Assembly (NCBI GenBank): GCA_023228875.1
Contig: JALOAG010000009.1
Location: forward strand, 22,362 to 86,361
Direction of reading: 5' to 3'
From: Bacteroidia bacterium
Lineage (GTDB): Bacteria; Bacteroidota; Bacteroidia; NS11-12g; UBA955
Length of the DNA stretch: 64,000 nucleotides
Positions 8,193 through 18,018 of this stretch are shown piece after piece. A model generated the notes under the pieces. That model saw only the letters and a program-made list of their open reading frames with translations, was not told the origin of the DNA and searched no databases. The position numbers and the translations under genes were made by a program. Every line of letters begins with the position of its first letter. The stretch's first letter is position 1.

Positions 8193-9470
8193 TTATAGAT
8201 AGTCTAACAAATCTTTGCCGATATCTGTTCGGTAATATTTGTCCTTAAAAGTAACGGTATGGGCTGCTTTGTAAGATTTAAGCAGAGCATCCATCATATT
8301 GTTGTCAAGTGCAGTCAGAGCGATAACCCTGCCTCCTGATGTAACGATTTTTCCTGCGGACTCTTGTGTACCTGCATGAAAAGGAATACAGTCTTTTATA
8401 AATTCTAATCCGGAGATTTCCATACCTTTTTTATATTCCTCAGGATAGCCTCCGCTCACTGTAAAAACAGTGGTGGCAAACTCTCTTTTGATTTTAATTT
8501 GATGTTTGTTTAGGGTCTTTGTACATGCAGCAACTAACAGTTCTAATAAGTCATTTTCGATTCGCGGAATTACAACCTCTGTTTCCGGGTCTCCCATTCT
8601 GGCGTTATATTCAATGACATAAGGTTCTCCCATGTAGTTTATCAAACCAAAGAAAATAAAACCTTTGTAGTGGAGTTTGTCTTTGCGAATGCCTGCAATT
8701 GTGGGTTTGATGATATTCTGTTCTACTTTGTACAAAAAGTCTTTGCTAGCAAAAGGTACTGGTGATACTGCACCCATTCCCCCTGTATTTAATCCGGTAT
8801 CTGCTTCGCCAATTCTTTTATAATCTTTTGCTTCCGGTAAAATCAAATAGTTTTTTCCATCTGTCAATACAAAACAAGACAATTCAATTCCGGTCAAGTA
8901 CTCTTCTATAACAACTTTTTCTGATGCTTTACCAAACTTGCTATTTTCAAGCATTTCATTCAAGTTTTTCTTAGCATCTTCAAGGTTGGCGCAAATCAAC
9001 ACCCCTTTGCCGGCAGCCAGCCCATCTGCTTTTAGAACATAGGGAGCAGAGAGCGTTTCTAAGAATTGGTGTGCTTGGCTTAGTGTAGATTTAGTAAAAG
9101 TAGAGAAACGAGCTGTGGGTATATTGTGTCGCAACATGAATTCTTTTGCAAAATCCTTGCTGCCTTCAAGTTGTGACCCCTTTTTTGAAGGACCTGCAAC
9201 CATGATGCCCGGTATTTTCTTTTCTAAGAAATCAGTGATTCCCAACACCAGTGGATCTTCATTTCCGGGTAACACAAGATCAATCTTTTTTTCTATACAA
9301 AATACCGCTATTGATTCAAAGTCTGTAGGGTTAATATTGATATTGATTCCACATTGTGCAGTACCTGCATTACCGCTTGCTATATAGAGTTTAGTGCACA
9401 AAGGACTTTGACTGATTTTCCATGCAAAAACATGTTCTCTTGCACCTGTTCCCAGAATAAGAATATTCAT
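8193..9470 (-). CDS. purD: Phosphoribosylamine--glycine ligase
   Basis: The N-terminus MNILILGTGAREH and the ATP-grasp fold both fit purD. Confidence 0.9.
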   Translation of the reverse strand: MNILILGTGAREHVFAWKISQSPLCTKLYIASGNAGTAQCGINININPTDFESIAVFCIEKKIDLVLPGNEDPLVLGITDFLEKKIPGIMVAGPSKKGSQLEGSKDFAKEFMLRHNIPTARFSTFTKSTLSQAHQFLETLSAPYVLKADGLAAGKGVLICANLEDAKKNLNEMLENSKFGKASEKVVIEEYLTGIELSCFVLTDGKNYLILPEAKDYKRIGEADTGLNTGGMGAVSPVPFASKDFLYKVEQNIIKPTIAGIRKDKLHYKGFIFFGLINYMGEPYVIEYNARMGDPETEVVIPRIENDLLELLVAACTKTLNKHQIKIKREFATTVFTVSGGYPEEYKKGMEISGLEFIKDCIPFHAGTQESAGKIVTSGGRVIALTALDNNMMDALLKSYKAAHTVTFKDKYYRTDIGKDLLDYL

Positions 9471-9770
9471 GGCTGCAAAAGTAATTTAATCATTGTGTTT
9501 ATGAAAATCTATCTAACCCAATGAATCTATTGTAGTTGAGCACTTAGCGAATGATAGTTGTAATAGTTTTGAGTGAGTTATTCGGGAGATAATCTTATTT
9601 GAGTGATGTATAGAATCCATTTATTTGTATAAAATCCATTCAGCAACATTTATGTTAGTATGTATATAAGATTGTAATTGGAGGTTCTGCTATGTTTTAA
9701 TTTACTGATGTAAACAGCAAAATATTTTTTAGAGTAATACTGCTTGTTTTTCTACTTTTGAGCCTTTACA

Positions 9771-11156
9771 ATGAACAAGAAGCAACTTCAAATATTCAAT
9801 ATTTTGTTTGGACCTGTGTTGTTTCTGTTAGTGTATTTAAGCGACATCAAAGGATTGTCTCACGAAGGCAAAGCAGTCATGGCATGTACGCTTTGGGTTG
9901 CGTTTTGGTGGATTACAGAAGCAGTCGAACTACCGGTTACATCGCTGCTTCCTATTGTATTGTTTCCTCTTTCCGGTGCTTTACCTCTCAAAGCTACAAC
10001 AGCCGAATATGGGAATCCCTTTATTTTTCTCTTTATGGGCGGTTTTTTAATAGGCTTAGCAATCGAAAAATGGAATTTGCACAAACGCATTGCTTTCAAG
10101 ATTATTGAGAAAATTGGTACGCGAGAACGCAGTGTTTTATTAGGATTTATGGTTGCCACAGCTTTTATTTCAATGTGGATTTCGAATACCGCCACAGCGG
10201 TTATGATGCTTCCGATAGGGCTTTCTGTTTCTGCTTATTTTGGCAACAATCAACTATTTAAGCAAAACTTGATGTTGGGTATTGCCTATGCTGCTTCTAG
10301 CGGAGGGATGGCTACATTGATTGGAACACCTCCCAACATTATTCTTGCAGCAGTGCTTAAAAATTCGGCAGGTATTGAAATCTCTTTTTTGAATTGGATG
10401 CTTTTTGCAACTCCTTTCAGTTTGATTTTGTTATTGGTTTGTTGGTGGCATTTAAGCAGAAAGTTAGGAAGAGGAGTGAGTCAGGGTTTTAAACTTGACA
10501 ATAATGAATTAGGAACAGTTACCTTGCCGGAAAAAAGAGTGTTGATGGTGTTTTGTTTGGTTGCTTTTTTTTGGATTACCCGAGTCTTTCTGTGGAATAA
10601 ATTTATTCCTGCTTTGGATGATACGTTGATTGCAATGATTGGTGCAATCGCATTGTTTATTATTCCTTCAGGTATAAAGGGAGAAAAACTATTGAATTGG
10701 GAAACAGCAAAACGTTTGCCTTGGGATGTATTATTAATTTTTGGTGCAGGATTAGCCATTGCCAAGGGTTTTGCAGATACAGATTTAACCCAATGGATTG
10801 CTCAGCACTTTGCTGATGTGAATGTATTGCCATGGGTGATTCTTTTGATGGTTATTGCAGCTATTAATTTTCTTACAGAAATCACCTCTAATACAGCAAC
10901 AGCGAGTATCATTCTGCCGATTCTTTATTCCATGAGTTATTCGTTAAACTTAAACCCTTTGACATTGCTTGTAGGTGCAGCAATCGCCTCAAGCTGTGCA
11001 TTTATGTTGCCTGTGGCTACGCCTCCCAATGCTATTGTTTTCAGTAGCGGGGCTGTCAAAATTAAAGATATGATGAGAGAGGGTATATTTTTGAACCTAA
11101 CCTCTATTTTGCTAACATTTCTTTTTGTTCAAACCTTGATTGGAGTGCTGCAATAG
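9771..11156 (+). CDS. DASS/SLC13-family Na+-coupled anion symporter
   Basis: A polytopic membrane protein with duplicated SNTAT motifs (SNTATAVMMLPIG and TSNTATASIILP). Confidence 0.85.
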   Translation: MNKKQLQIFNILFGPVLFLLVYLSDIKGLSHEGKAVMACTLWVAFWWITEAVELPVTSLLPIVLFPLSGALPLKATTAEYGNPFIFLFMGGFLIGLAIEKWNLHKRIAFKIIEKIGTRERSVLLGFMVATAFISMWISNTATAVMMLPIGLSVSAYFGNNQLFKQNLMLGIAYAASSGGMATLIGTPPNIILAAVLKNSAGIEISFLNWMLFATPFSLILLLVCWWHLSRKLGRGVSQGFKLDNNELGTVTLPEKRVLMVFCLVAFFWITRVFLWNKFIPALDDTLIAMIGAIALFIIPSGIKGEKLLNWETAKRLPWDVLLIFGAGLAIAKGFADTDLTQWIAQHFADVNVLPWVILLMVIAAINFLTEITSNTATASIILPILYSMSYSLNLNPLTLLVGAAIASSCAFMLPVATPPNAIVFSSGAVKIKDMMREGIFLNLTSILLTFLFVQTLIGVLQ

Positions 11157-11176
11157 CGCAGCCACAATACTTTTGA

Positions 11177-12337
11177 TTAGGATAACATCTTTTCATAAAA
11201 GAGTTTGTATTGAGAAGCAACGGTATCACTTGCAAAGTTTTTTACTGCAAACAATCTTGCGTTTTTAGATAATTCTTGTTGATGTTGAAGTGCATATTCA
11301 ATACCCTCTGCTAATTGTTTGGTGTCTTTTAGCGGGACTAAGTAGCCATTTTCCTTGTGCTCAATCATGTCTTTAATTCCTCCGGTGTCAAAACCCACAA
11401 CGGGAGTACCACATGCAAGTGATTCAACTACGGTATTGGGTAAATTATCTTCTATGGAAGGAATAACAAATACTCCTGCTTTTTTGTACCATTGAACCAA
11501 CGCTTCAGAAGAACTCACAAACCCCATTTGTTTTATCTGTTTGGGACAGTGCTCATCCGGATTGCCCAACACAACCCATTCTAACTGCTTTTCTTTAAGC
11601 TCTTCAACCGCTTTGTATAAATAGGTTAATCCTTTGCGCTTGTCTCCCGATTTTTCTGCTATAAACAACACAATCTTCTTCTCATAATCTGCTTCACCGG
11701 ACGGAGCATATTTTTCAATATCTATCGGGTTTTTGATAGCTGTGAAATGTGTTTGTGCCGGAAAAATAGCTGCTTTTTTTGATTCTTCTAACAACCAAAC
11801 GGAGGGTGAAATGATGCCAATGCGAGCGTGGGAATAAGCAGTTTTTTTTATCTGAACAAATTTTTCCTCCAACTGTTTATATGCTTTTTCTTCATAATCT
11901 GTTTTGTAATGAAGCCCACCGGAAAACGGATTCATGTCGTGCATTGTCCAGACTATGGGTTTGTTAATTTTTGAAAAAAAACTTGTTATGTCAATGAATT
12001 TCACCACCCAATGTAAATTGATGAGGTCAAAGTCTTGGATAAAAGGGAGTTTATGTAATCTGAAAAGAGAAAAAGGGGAATTAAAAAAACAATCCGGTTT
12101 GCCTATTCCGAATCTATAATTAAGTATTCGGTTCAGTTTATCAATTAAAAAAACGAGCCAAGGATTTTTAAATTCCTTAATCGAATGGACATTCGGGATG
12201 TTTTGTGGCGTAGATCCCTTAAGAAATAAAAGGTGGCTATCGACTCCATTTTTTAGCAAAGCTTGGTGAATCCTCAGAGCGGCAATTCCTGCACCTCCGC
12301 CACTATTGGTTGTGATATGTAATACCCTGAGGGACAT
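11177..12337 (-). CDS. Glycosyltransferase family 4 (GT-B fold)
   Basis: The C-terminal EDNLPNTVVESLACGTPVV...D motif is typical of GT4. Confidence 0.8.
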   Translation of the reverse strand: MSLRVLHITTNSGGGAGIAALRIHQALLKNGVDSHLLFLKGSTPQNIPNVHSIKEFKNPWLVFLIDKLNRILNYRFGIGKPDCFFNSPFSLFRLHKLPFIQDFDLINLHWVVKFIDITSFFSKINKPIVWTMHDMNPFSGGLHYKTDYEEKAYKQLEEKFVQIKKTAYSHARIGIISPSVWLLEESKKAAIFPAQTHFTAIKNPIDIEKYAPSGEADYEKKIVLFIAEKSGDKRKGLTYLYKAVEELKEKQLEWVVLGNPDEHCPKQIKQMGFVSSSEALVQWYKKAGVFVIPSIEDNLPNTVVESLACGTPVVGFDTGGIKDMIEHKENGYLVPLKDTKQLAEGIEYALQHQQELSKNARLFAVKNFASDTVASQYKLFYEKMLS

Positions 12338-12444
12338 GATGGATGATAGCGATGCAAAAAAAGTTAAAAAATTCGATTAACTAAAAATATTCTGTTGCCC
12401 GTAAATAAACAGACAAAGCAAATAACTTTGCAAGCTAAATAACA

Positions 12445-13956
12445 ATGGGTTTAGTTGTCAGACAAACGCTAAAGGCTTCTTTTGCCAACTATGTTGGTGT
12501 ATTGGTTGGCGTAGTAAATATGTTAATTCTGATGCCTTTGATTTTTTCTGAATCAGAGATAGGAATTATCAAAATGCTGACAGAAAACATGGTGATGCTT
12601 GCCGGTTTTGCAACATTGGGTATTTCAAGCTCTATGTACCGCTATTACCCTCATTTTAAGGATGACCCGAACGGAAAACTACATGGCTTTGATTTTTGGG
12701 CTGCTTTCATCCCTTTTGTAGGTTTTATGGTTATTACCCTACTCATGATTGTTGGGAAATCTTGGGTTGTGTCTTACTTCAGTGAAAAAGCTGCTGCGTT
12801 TTTAGAATATTATCTCTTGTTAATTCCATTGGCATTCACTCAGATTTTTTTCTCTGTTTTTGAGGTTACTGCCGCTATTGAAAACAGGATTGTTATTCCT
12901 AAGTTTCTTAAAGAAATTCTAATGAGGGTTTTGACAGCAGTTGCTTTCTTGTTGTATTATTTCGGTTGGCTCAATTTCTATCAATCTGTCTTGCTGCTAG
13001 TAATTTTTTACTTTGTCCCTTTGCTGTTAATTTTTATTTATTCAGCCAAACTACGCAAGATTCATCTCAGACCTGATTTTCATTATCTGAAAAACAACAC
13101 GCACATAGTCAGAGATTTTTTAAACTACACCGGCATTATCACACTTGGAAGTTTAAGTGGATTTATCCTTGCCAAAATTGATATGATTATGATCAGTGCT
13201 AAAATGGGATTAGACTATACAGGTGTTTATATGATTGCTGTTTACGTAGCCACCATTATCGAAATACCCAGAAGGTCTTTGGTTCAGATTCTTTCAACCA
13301 AAATCTCGCAGCAAATGGTTGACGAGAACCATTCCGAAACAGAGAAATTATACAAACAAACATCTACCTTACTCTTTATATCCGCACTCTTTCTATTGCT
13401 GTGCATACTCATCAACATTGACAGTATGTACAAAATAATGCCCAATGGAGATCTGTATATTGGAGGTACTGCTGTAATTTATATTTTGGCTATTTCTAAA
13501 TGTATTGAACTCATTACAAGCATGGGACAGGTGATTATTATGTACTCTCGCTATTATTATATCACCTTGTTGATGACCATTGTAACCGCTGTAATTGGAA
13601 TATTACTCAACTTATTGTTGATACCTGTTTATGGTTTGACAGGTGCAGCTATTGCTACTGCTATTACTATTATTATCCAACAAATCATAATAGGTATAAC
13701 CATTTATACAAAACTTGGTTTTCATTCCTTTACCATTACCCAACTTAAAACTGCCTTCCTATTTATAATAGCTATTGGTGTTAATTTTATAATTCCAACG
13801 TTGACAAATGCTTGGTTAGATATAAGTGTAAGAACTGTTGTCATAGCCGGGATTTTTATTTTGGTATTGTATAAAGCACAATGGTCAACAGAAACCAACC
13901 AAATCATTAACAATCTAATCCGCAGAGTAAAAGACAGAAACTTTAAACCATATTGA
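12445..13956 (+). CDS. Oligosaccharide flippase (Wzx/PST-family) polysaccharide biosynthesis protein
   Basis: A ~12-TM protein of ~500 aa with PST family architecture, divergent from the GT4 gene. Confidence 0.7.
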   Translation: MGLVVRQTLKASFANYVGVLVGVVNMLILMPLIFSESEIGIIKMLTENMVMLAGFATLGISSSMYRYYPHFKDDPNGKLHGFDFWAAFIPFVGFMVITLLMIVGKSWVVSYFSEKAAAFLEYYLLLIPLAFTQIFFSVFEVTAAIENRIVIPKFLKEILMRVLTAVAFLLYYFGWLNFYQSVLLLVIFYFVPLLLIFIYSAKLRKIHLRPDFHYLKNNTHIVRDFLNYTGIITLGSLSGFILAKIDMIMISAKMGLDYTGVYMIAVYVATIIEIPRRSLVQILSTKISQQMVDENHSETEKLYKQTSTLLFISALFLLLCILINIDSMYKIMPNGDLYIGGTAVIYILAISKCIELITSMGQVIIMYSRYYYITLLMTIVTAVIGILLNLLLIPVYGLTGAAIATAITIIIQQIIIGITIYTKLGFHSFTITQLKTAFLFIIAIGVNFIIPTLTNAWLDISVRTVVIAGIFILVLYKAQWSTETNQIINNLIRRVKDRNFKPY

Positions 13957-14046
13957 TTGCCAAAAGTCATATCATGATACAATCAATAAAATCAAGGTTT
14001 AAATAATTCCCTCAAGGCTGAATTTAGCTATATCTTTGCAAGCCTT

Positions 14047-15288
14047 ATGAAGAGGAATGTTGAAATCATGTCGCCTGCCGGTGGGTTTGATTCAATGATG
14101 GCAGCCATACAAGGTGGTGCAAATTCAGTTTATTTTGGTGTAGATCAATTAAATATGCGTGCACGTGCTACCATGAATTTTACCTTAGGAGACATACCGG
14201 AGATTGCCCGAATTTGTAAAGAAAACAATATACGCTCCTATCTGACACTAAACACTATTGTTTACGACCATGATTTAACCATCATTAAAACCGTTACCAA
14301 TGCTGCTAAAGAAGCAGGTATTACAGCCATCATTGCAGCAGATCAAGCAGTTATTGCTTATGCACGTTCTGTGGGAATGGAAGTACATATTTCAACCCAA
14401 GTGAATGTTACCAACATTGAAACCGTAAAATTTTATGCACTGTTTGCTGATACGATTGTATTAGCCAGAGAACTAAGCCTTGTTCAAGTAAAGAAAATCG
14501 TTGACGCCATTGAAGCGGAGCAAATCAAAGGACCTTCAGGAAGATTGATTGAAATAGAAATTTTTGTTCATGGAGCTTTGTGTATGGCAGTATCCGGTAA
14601 ATGCTACTTGAGCTTACATACCCACAACTCATCTGCAAACAGAGGTGCGTGTATTCAAAATTGCAGGAGAGAATATAAAGTTACAGACCGAGAAGAAGGA
14701 CATGAATTCGCGATTGAAAATGAATATATAATGTCTGCCAAAGATTTGTGTACCATTGATTTTTTGGATGAAGTGTTAGACAGTGGAGTTACAGTACTTA
14801 AAATCGAAGGAAGAGGAAAAGGACCGGAATATGTCAAAACTGTTACAAAATGTTATAGAGCAGCAGTAGATGCCTATTTAGAAGGAAATTATAGCAAAGA
14901 AAAAGCAGCAATATGGAAAGAAGAAATGGAGAATGTTTACAATCGCGGCTTTTGGTCAGGATATTACTTAGGTCAAAAGTTAGGTGAATGGACTGACACT
15001 TCCGGTTCTAAAGCCAAACAAAGAAAAGTTTACTTGGGTAAAGGAAACAATTATTTCAGTAAAATTGGAGTAGGAGAATTCCTAATCGAAACACATTCTC
15101 TCAAAAAAGGAGATTCAATTTTAATAACCGGACCCAAAACAGGAGTCATCGAAACCATAGTAGAGGAATTGCACACTGCACACGGACCCGTTGAGGAAGC
15201 TGTTAAAGGAGAGTTGTGTGGAATTAAATTGGATACAATCATTCGCAAGAGCGATAAACTTTACAAAGTTGTGAGCGCAGAACAATGA
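14047..15288 (+). CDS. Peptidase U32 family protein (RlhA/TrhP/YegQ-like)
   Basis: The N-terminus VEIMSPAG matches YegQ PELLSPAG. It also has the Cys cluster CMAVSGKCYLS...ACIQNC and the U32 core. Confidence 0.8.
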   Translation: MKRNVEIMSPAGGFDSMMAAIQGGANSVYFGVDQLNMRARATMNFTLGDIPEIARICKENNIRSYLTLNTIVYDHDLTIIKTVTNAAKEAGITAIIAADQAVIAYARSVGMEVHISTQVNVTNIETVKFYALFADTIVLARELSLVQVKKIVDAIEAEQIKGPSGRLIEIEIFVHGALCMAVSGKCYLSLHTHNSSANRGACIQNCRREYKVTDREEGHEFAIENEYIMSAKDLCTIDFLDEVLDSGVTVLKIEGRGKGPEYVKTVTKCYRAAVDAYLEGNYSKEKAAIWKEEMENVYNRGFWSGYYLGQKLGEWTDTSGSKAKQRKVYLGKGNNYFSKIGVGEFLIETHSLKKGDSILITGPKTGVIETIVEELHTAHGPVEEAVKGELCGIKLDTIIRKSDKLYKVVSAEQ

Positions 15289-15509
15289 TTACCATCACAC
15301 TCATACGCGACAAATGTATAGGATGTAATTATTGCAGAGAGCATGCACCTCAACGATTCACCATGTCAAAAAAAGATGGCAAGGCAGTTTTGCTTAATTC
15401 GTATGACCGCAAAGGTTTTCATACCGCCAAAGTACATGAGTCAGAACTGGAATCAGTACAGAATGCTGCCAAAGCATGTCCTGTAAATGTAATCAAGGTT
15501 ACAGAATAA
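15285..15509 (+). CDS. Small 4Fe-4S ferredoxin-like protein
   Basis: A 74-aa product carrying CIGCNYC...CP. It overlaps the U32 stop by 4 bp. Confidence 0.6.
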   Translation: MITITLIRDKCIGCNYCREHAPQRFTMSKKDGKAVLLNSYDRKGFHTAKVHESELESVQNAAKACPVNVIKVTE

Positions 15510-15608
15510 AAATGTTTCTAATCATCACAGAATAAGACAAAAATCTGTTACAGCTCAATTATTTGTTATATTTTTGCACCGCAAATAACAACAGAAATTA
15601 TTTGCACA

Positions 15609-17081
15609 ATGCCCAACAATATAACGAATAAAATCATCAACGAGGGCTTAACCTTTGACGATGTACTTGTAGTTCCTGCATACTCAGAAGTATTACCCAG
15701 AGAAACAAACACAACTACAAAGCTTACCAAAAAAATCTCATTGAATATACCACTTGTATCTGCTGCTATGGATACAGTTACCGAATCCGATATGGCAATT
15801 GCTATGGCGCGTGAAGGCGGAATCGGCATTATTCATAAAAACATGACGATTGAACAACAGGCTAAAGAGGTTAGCAGAGTCAAAAGAGCGGACAGCGGAA
15901 TGATTATGAACCCTATTACCTTGTCAAAAAATGACACCATCGCTGATGCCTTACACTTAATGAAGGATAACAGTATTGGAGGCATTCCGATTGTTGATTC
16001 TAAGCGTACACTCATAGGCATCATTACCAATCGAGACTTGCGTTTCGAAAAAGATATGAGTAAGAAAATTGATAAGGTGATGACAAAAGACGAACTCATT
16101 ACAGGTAAAGTAGGCACAGATCTAATGCAAGCCCGTGCAATCCTACAAGAGCGCAGAATAGAAAAACTTCCTATTGTTGACAAAAACAACAAATTAGTAG
16201 GGCTAATAACATTCAAAGACATACAAAAAGTAATCAGTTATCCCAAAGCTTGCAAAGATGAGTTTGGCAGACTGCGTGTAGGAGCAGCCATTGGTGTTAC
16301 AGCCGATACTATGAAAAGAGTAGATGCTTTGGTTGAGGCAGGGGTAGATGTGGTTGCATTAGATACAGCTCACGGACACAGCAAGGGCGTAATCAACGAA
16401 CTCCAAAAAATAAAGAAGAAATATAAAGACCTGCAAGTAATTTGCGGAAATATTGCAACCGGTGCAGCAGCAAAAGATCTGGTTAAAGCCGGAGCAGATG
16501 CGGTGAAAGTGGGAGTGGGTCCGGGTTCTATTTGTACAACAAGAATCATTGCCGGAATCGGTGTTCCGCAACTCTCTGCCGTAATTGATGTAGCAACCGC
16601 AATTCAAGGAAGCGGAGTACCTATCATTGCAGATGGAGGGGTGCGATATAGCGGAGACTTAGTGAAAGCCATCGTTGCCGGAGCAGACACCATGATGGCG
16701 GGCGGAATCTATGCAGGTACAGAAGAAACACCCGGAGAAACTACGTTGTACGAAGGTAGAAAAGTTAAAACATACAGAGGAATGGGCTCTATTGAAGCTA
16801 TGAAAGATGGATCTAAAGACCGATACTTTCAAGATGCGGAAGAAGAAATTGCCAAATTAGTACCCGAAGGAATTGTAGGGCATGTTGCCTACAAGGGAAA
16901 AGTTGCAGAAGTGATTTACCAATTCGTTGGCGGACTGAAAGCAGGAATGGGATATTGTGGTGCAAAAACCATTGATGAGTTGAAAAAAGCATCTTTTGTA
17001 AAAATCACCGGTTCTGGTATCAGGGAGAGTCATCCGCATGATGTAAAAATCACAAAAGAAGCTCCGAATTATACTCGATAG
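15609..17081 (+). CDS. guaB: IMP dehydrogenase
   Basis: The [11 protein letters not shown] start, CBS pair and catalytic [11 protein letters not shown] loop identify it. Confidence 0.95.
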   Translation: MPNNITNKIINEGLTFDDVLVVPAYSEVLPRETNTTTKLTKKISLNIPLVSAAMDTVTESDMAIAMAREGGIGIIHKNMTIEQQAKEVSRVKRADSGMIMNPITLSKNDTIADALHLMKDNSIGGIPIVDSKRTLIGIITNRDLRFEKDMSKKIDKVMTKDELITGKVGTDLMQARAILQERRIEKLPIVDKNNKLVGLITFKDIQKVISYPKACKDEFGRLRVGAAIGVTADTMKRVDALVEAGVDVVALDTAHGHSKGVINELQKIKKKYKDLQVICGNIATGAAAKDLVKAGADAVKVGVGPGSICTTRIIAGIGVPQLSAVIDVATAIQGSGVPIIADGGVRYSGDLVKAIVAGADTMMAGGIYAGTEETPGETTLYEGRKVKTYRGMGSIEAMKDGSKDRYFQDAEEEIAKLVPEGIVGHVAYKGKVAEVIYQFVGGLKAGMGYCGAKTIDELKKASFVKITGSGIRESHPHDVKITKEAPNYTR

Positions 17082-17088
17082 ACAAACG

Positions 17089-17805
17089 CTATCTCAATCC
17101 CAATAGTTCGTCAGGATTATTCTCCAATATATTTCCGACTACAACCACATCTGCACCTGCGTTCCATGCTGCAACCAGTTGGTCCTTGGATTTAATGCCG
17201 CCACCCACAATAATTGGTATTGAAATACTTTTACGAACAATCTGTATCATGTCGGGAGGCACCTGATTGTGAGCACCGCTGCCTGCATCCATGTAAATCA
17301 ACTGCAAACCCAAATACTCGCCAGCCATCGCAGTAGCCATTGCAATACCCGGCTTGTCAGAAGGAATTGGAACTGTTTGACTAATATAGGATGCAGTTGT
17401 TGTTTTGCCTCCGTCAACTAACATATACCCGGTTGGAATAACCTCAAGATTCATTTTCTTGAGAAATGGAGCAGCAACAACATGTTTGCCAATTAATAAA
17501 TCAGCATTACGACCCGAAATGAGGGACAACAACAAGATCGCATCAGCTTTGTTACTCATTTGAATTTCGCTTCCGGGAAAAATAGTTATAGGCAAATCAC
17601 TATACTTTCTAATAAAATCAATACACTCATCAATCCTTCCTTGATAGAGCAAACTACCCCCGACAAAAATGATATCCACATGCACTTTTTTTGCATTCTC
17701 CAACACTGCTTTAACGTTTGTAAAATCTGTATCAGGGTCAATTAAGATAGCAAGAAATTTTTTGTTTGCACTTTTTGCTTCGCGTATGGATTTTAAAACA
17801 GACAT
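17089..17805 (-). CDS. Geranylgeranylglyceryl/heptaprenylglyceryl phosphate synthase family (PcrB-like)
   Basis: A TIM-barrel protein with the GGS and MDAGSG motifs of PcrB/GGGPS. Confidence 0.75.
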   Translation of the reverse strand: MSVLKSIREAKSANKKFLAILIDPDTDFTNVKAVLENAKKVHVDIIFVGGSLLYQGRIDECIDFIRKYSDLPITIFPGSEIQMSNKADAILLLSLISGRNADLLIGKHVVAAPFLKKMNLEVIPTGYMLVDGGKTTTASYISQTVPIPSDKPGIAMATAMAGEYLGLQLIYMDAGSGAHNQVPPDMIQIVRKSISIPIIVGGGIKSKDQLVAAWNAGADVVVVGNILENNPDELLGLR

Positions 17806-17970
17806 TCAGTGTGATAAGGCTTGTTAATCGTTGTTTTGGGCAGCAAATATAATTCTATTTTAATGATTGAAATAATTGGTGTAAATTTGAAAGAAAAGGG
17901 GTGTTTTTTAAAACTTGTGGAAAAGTGAAAACCTCAATCAAACAAATCTAAAATACTTTTGAAAACCACA

Positions 17971-17999
17971 AGCAGGGCATTTTTTCTGTCCTGCTTTTT
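17971..17999 (+). promoter_or_regulatory. Hairpin plus T-run in the nrdJ leader (possible attenuator)
   Basis: AGCAGG-N12-CCTGCT followed by TTTTT, 20 bp upstream of the nrdJ ATG. The upstream gene is on the opposite strand, so this is not its terminator. Confidence 0.3.
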
Positions 18000-18018
18000 A
18001 ATCTATAAATGATTGATT

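Noticed and set aside
17806-18018. Cobalamin riboswitch or NrdR box in the nrdJ leader
   Set aside because: I could not recognise a B12 box or a 16-bp NrdR palindrome. Only a simple hairpin plus T-run was found, and it is reported separately.
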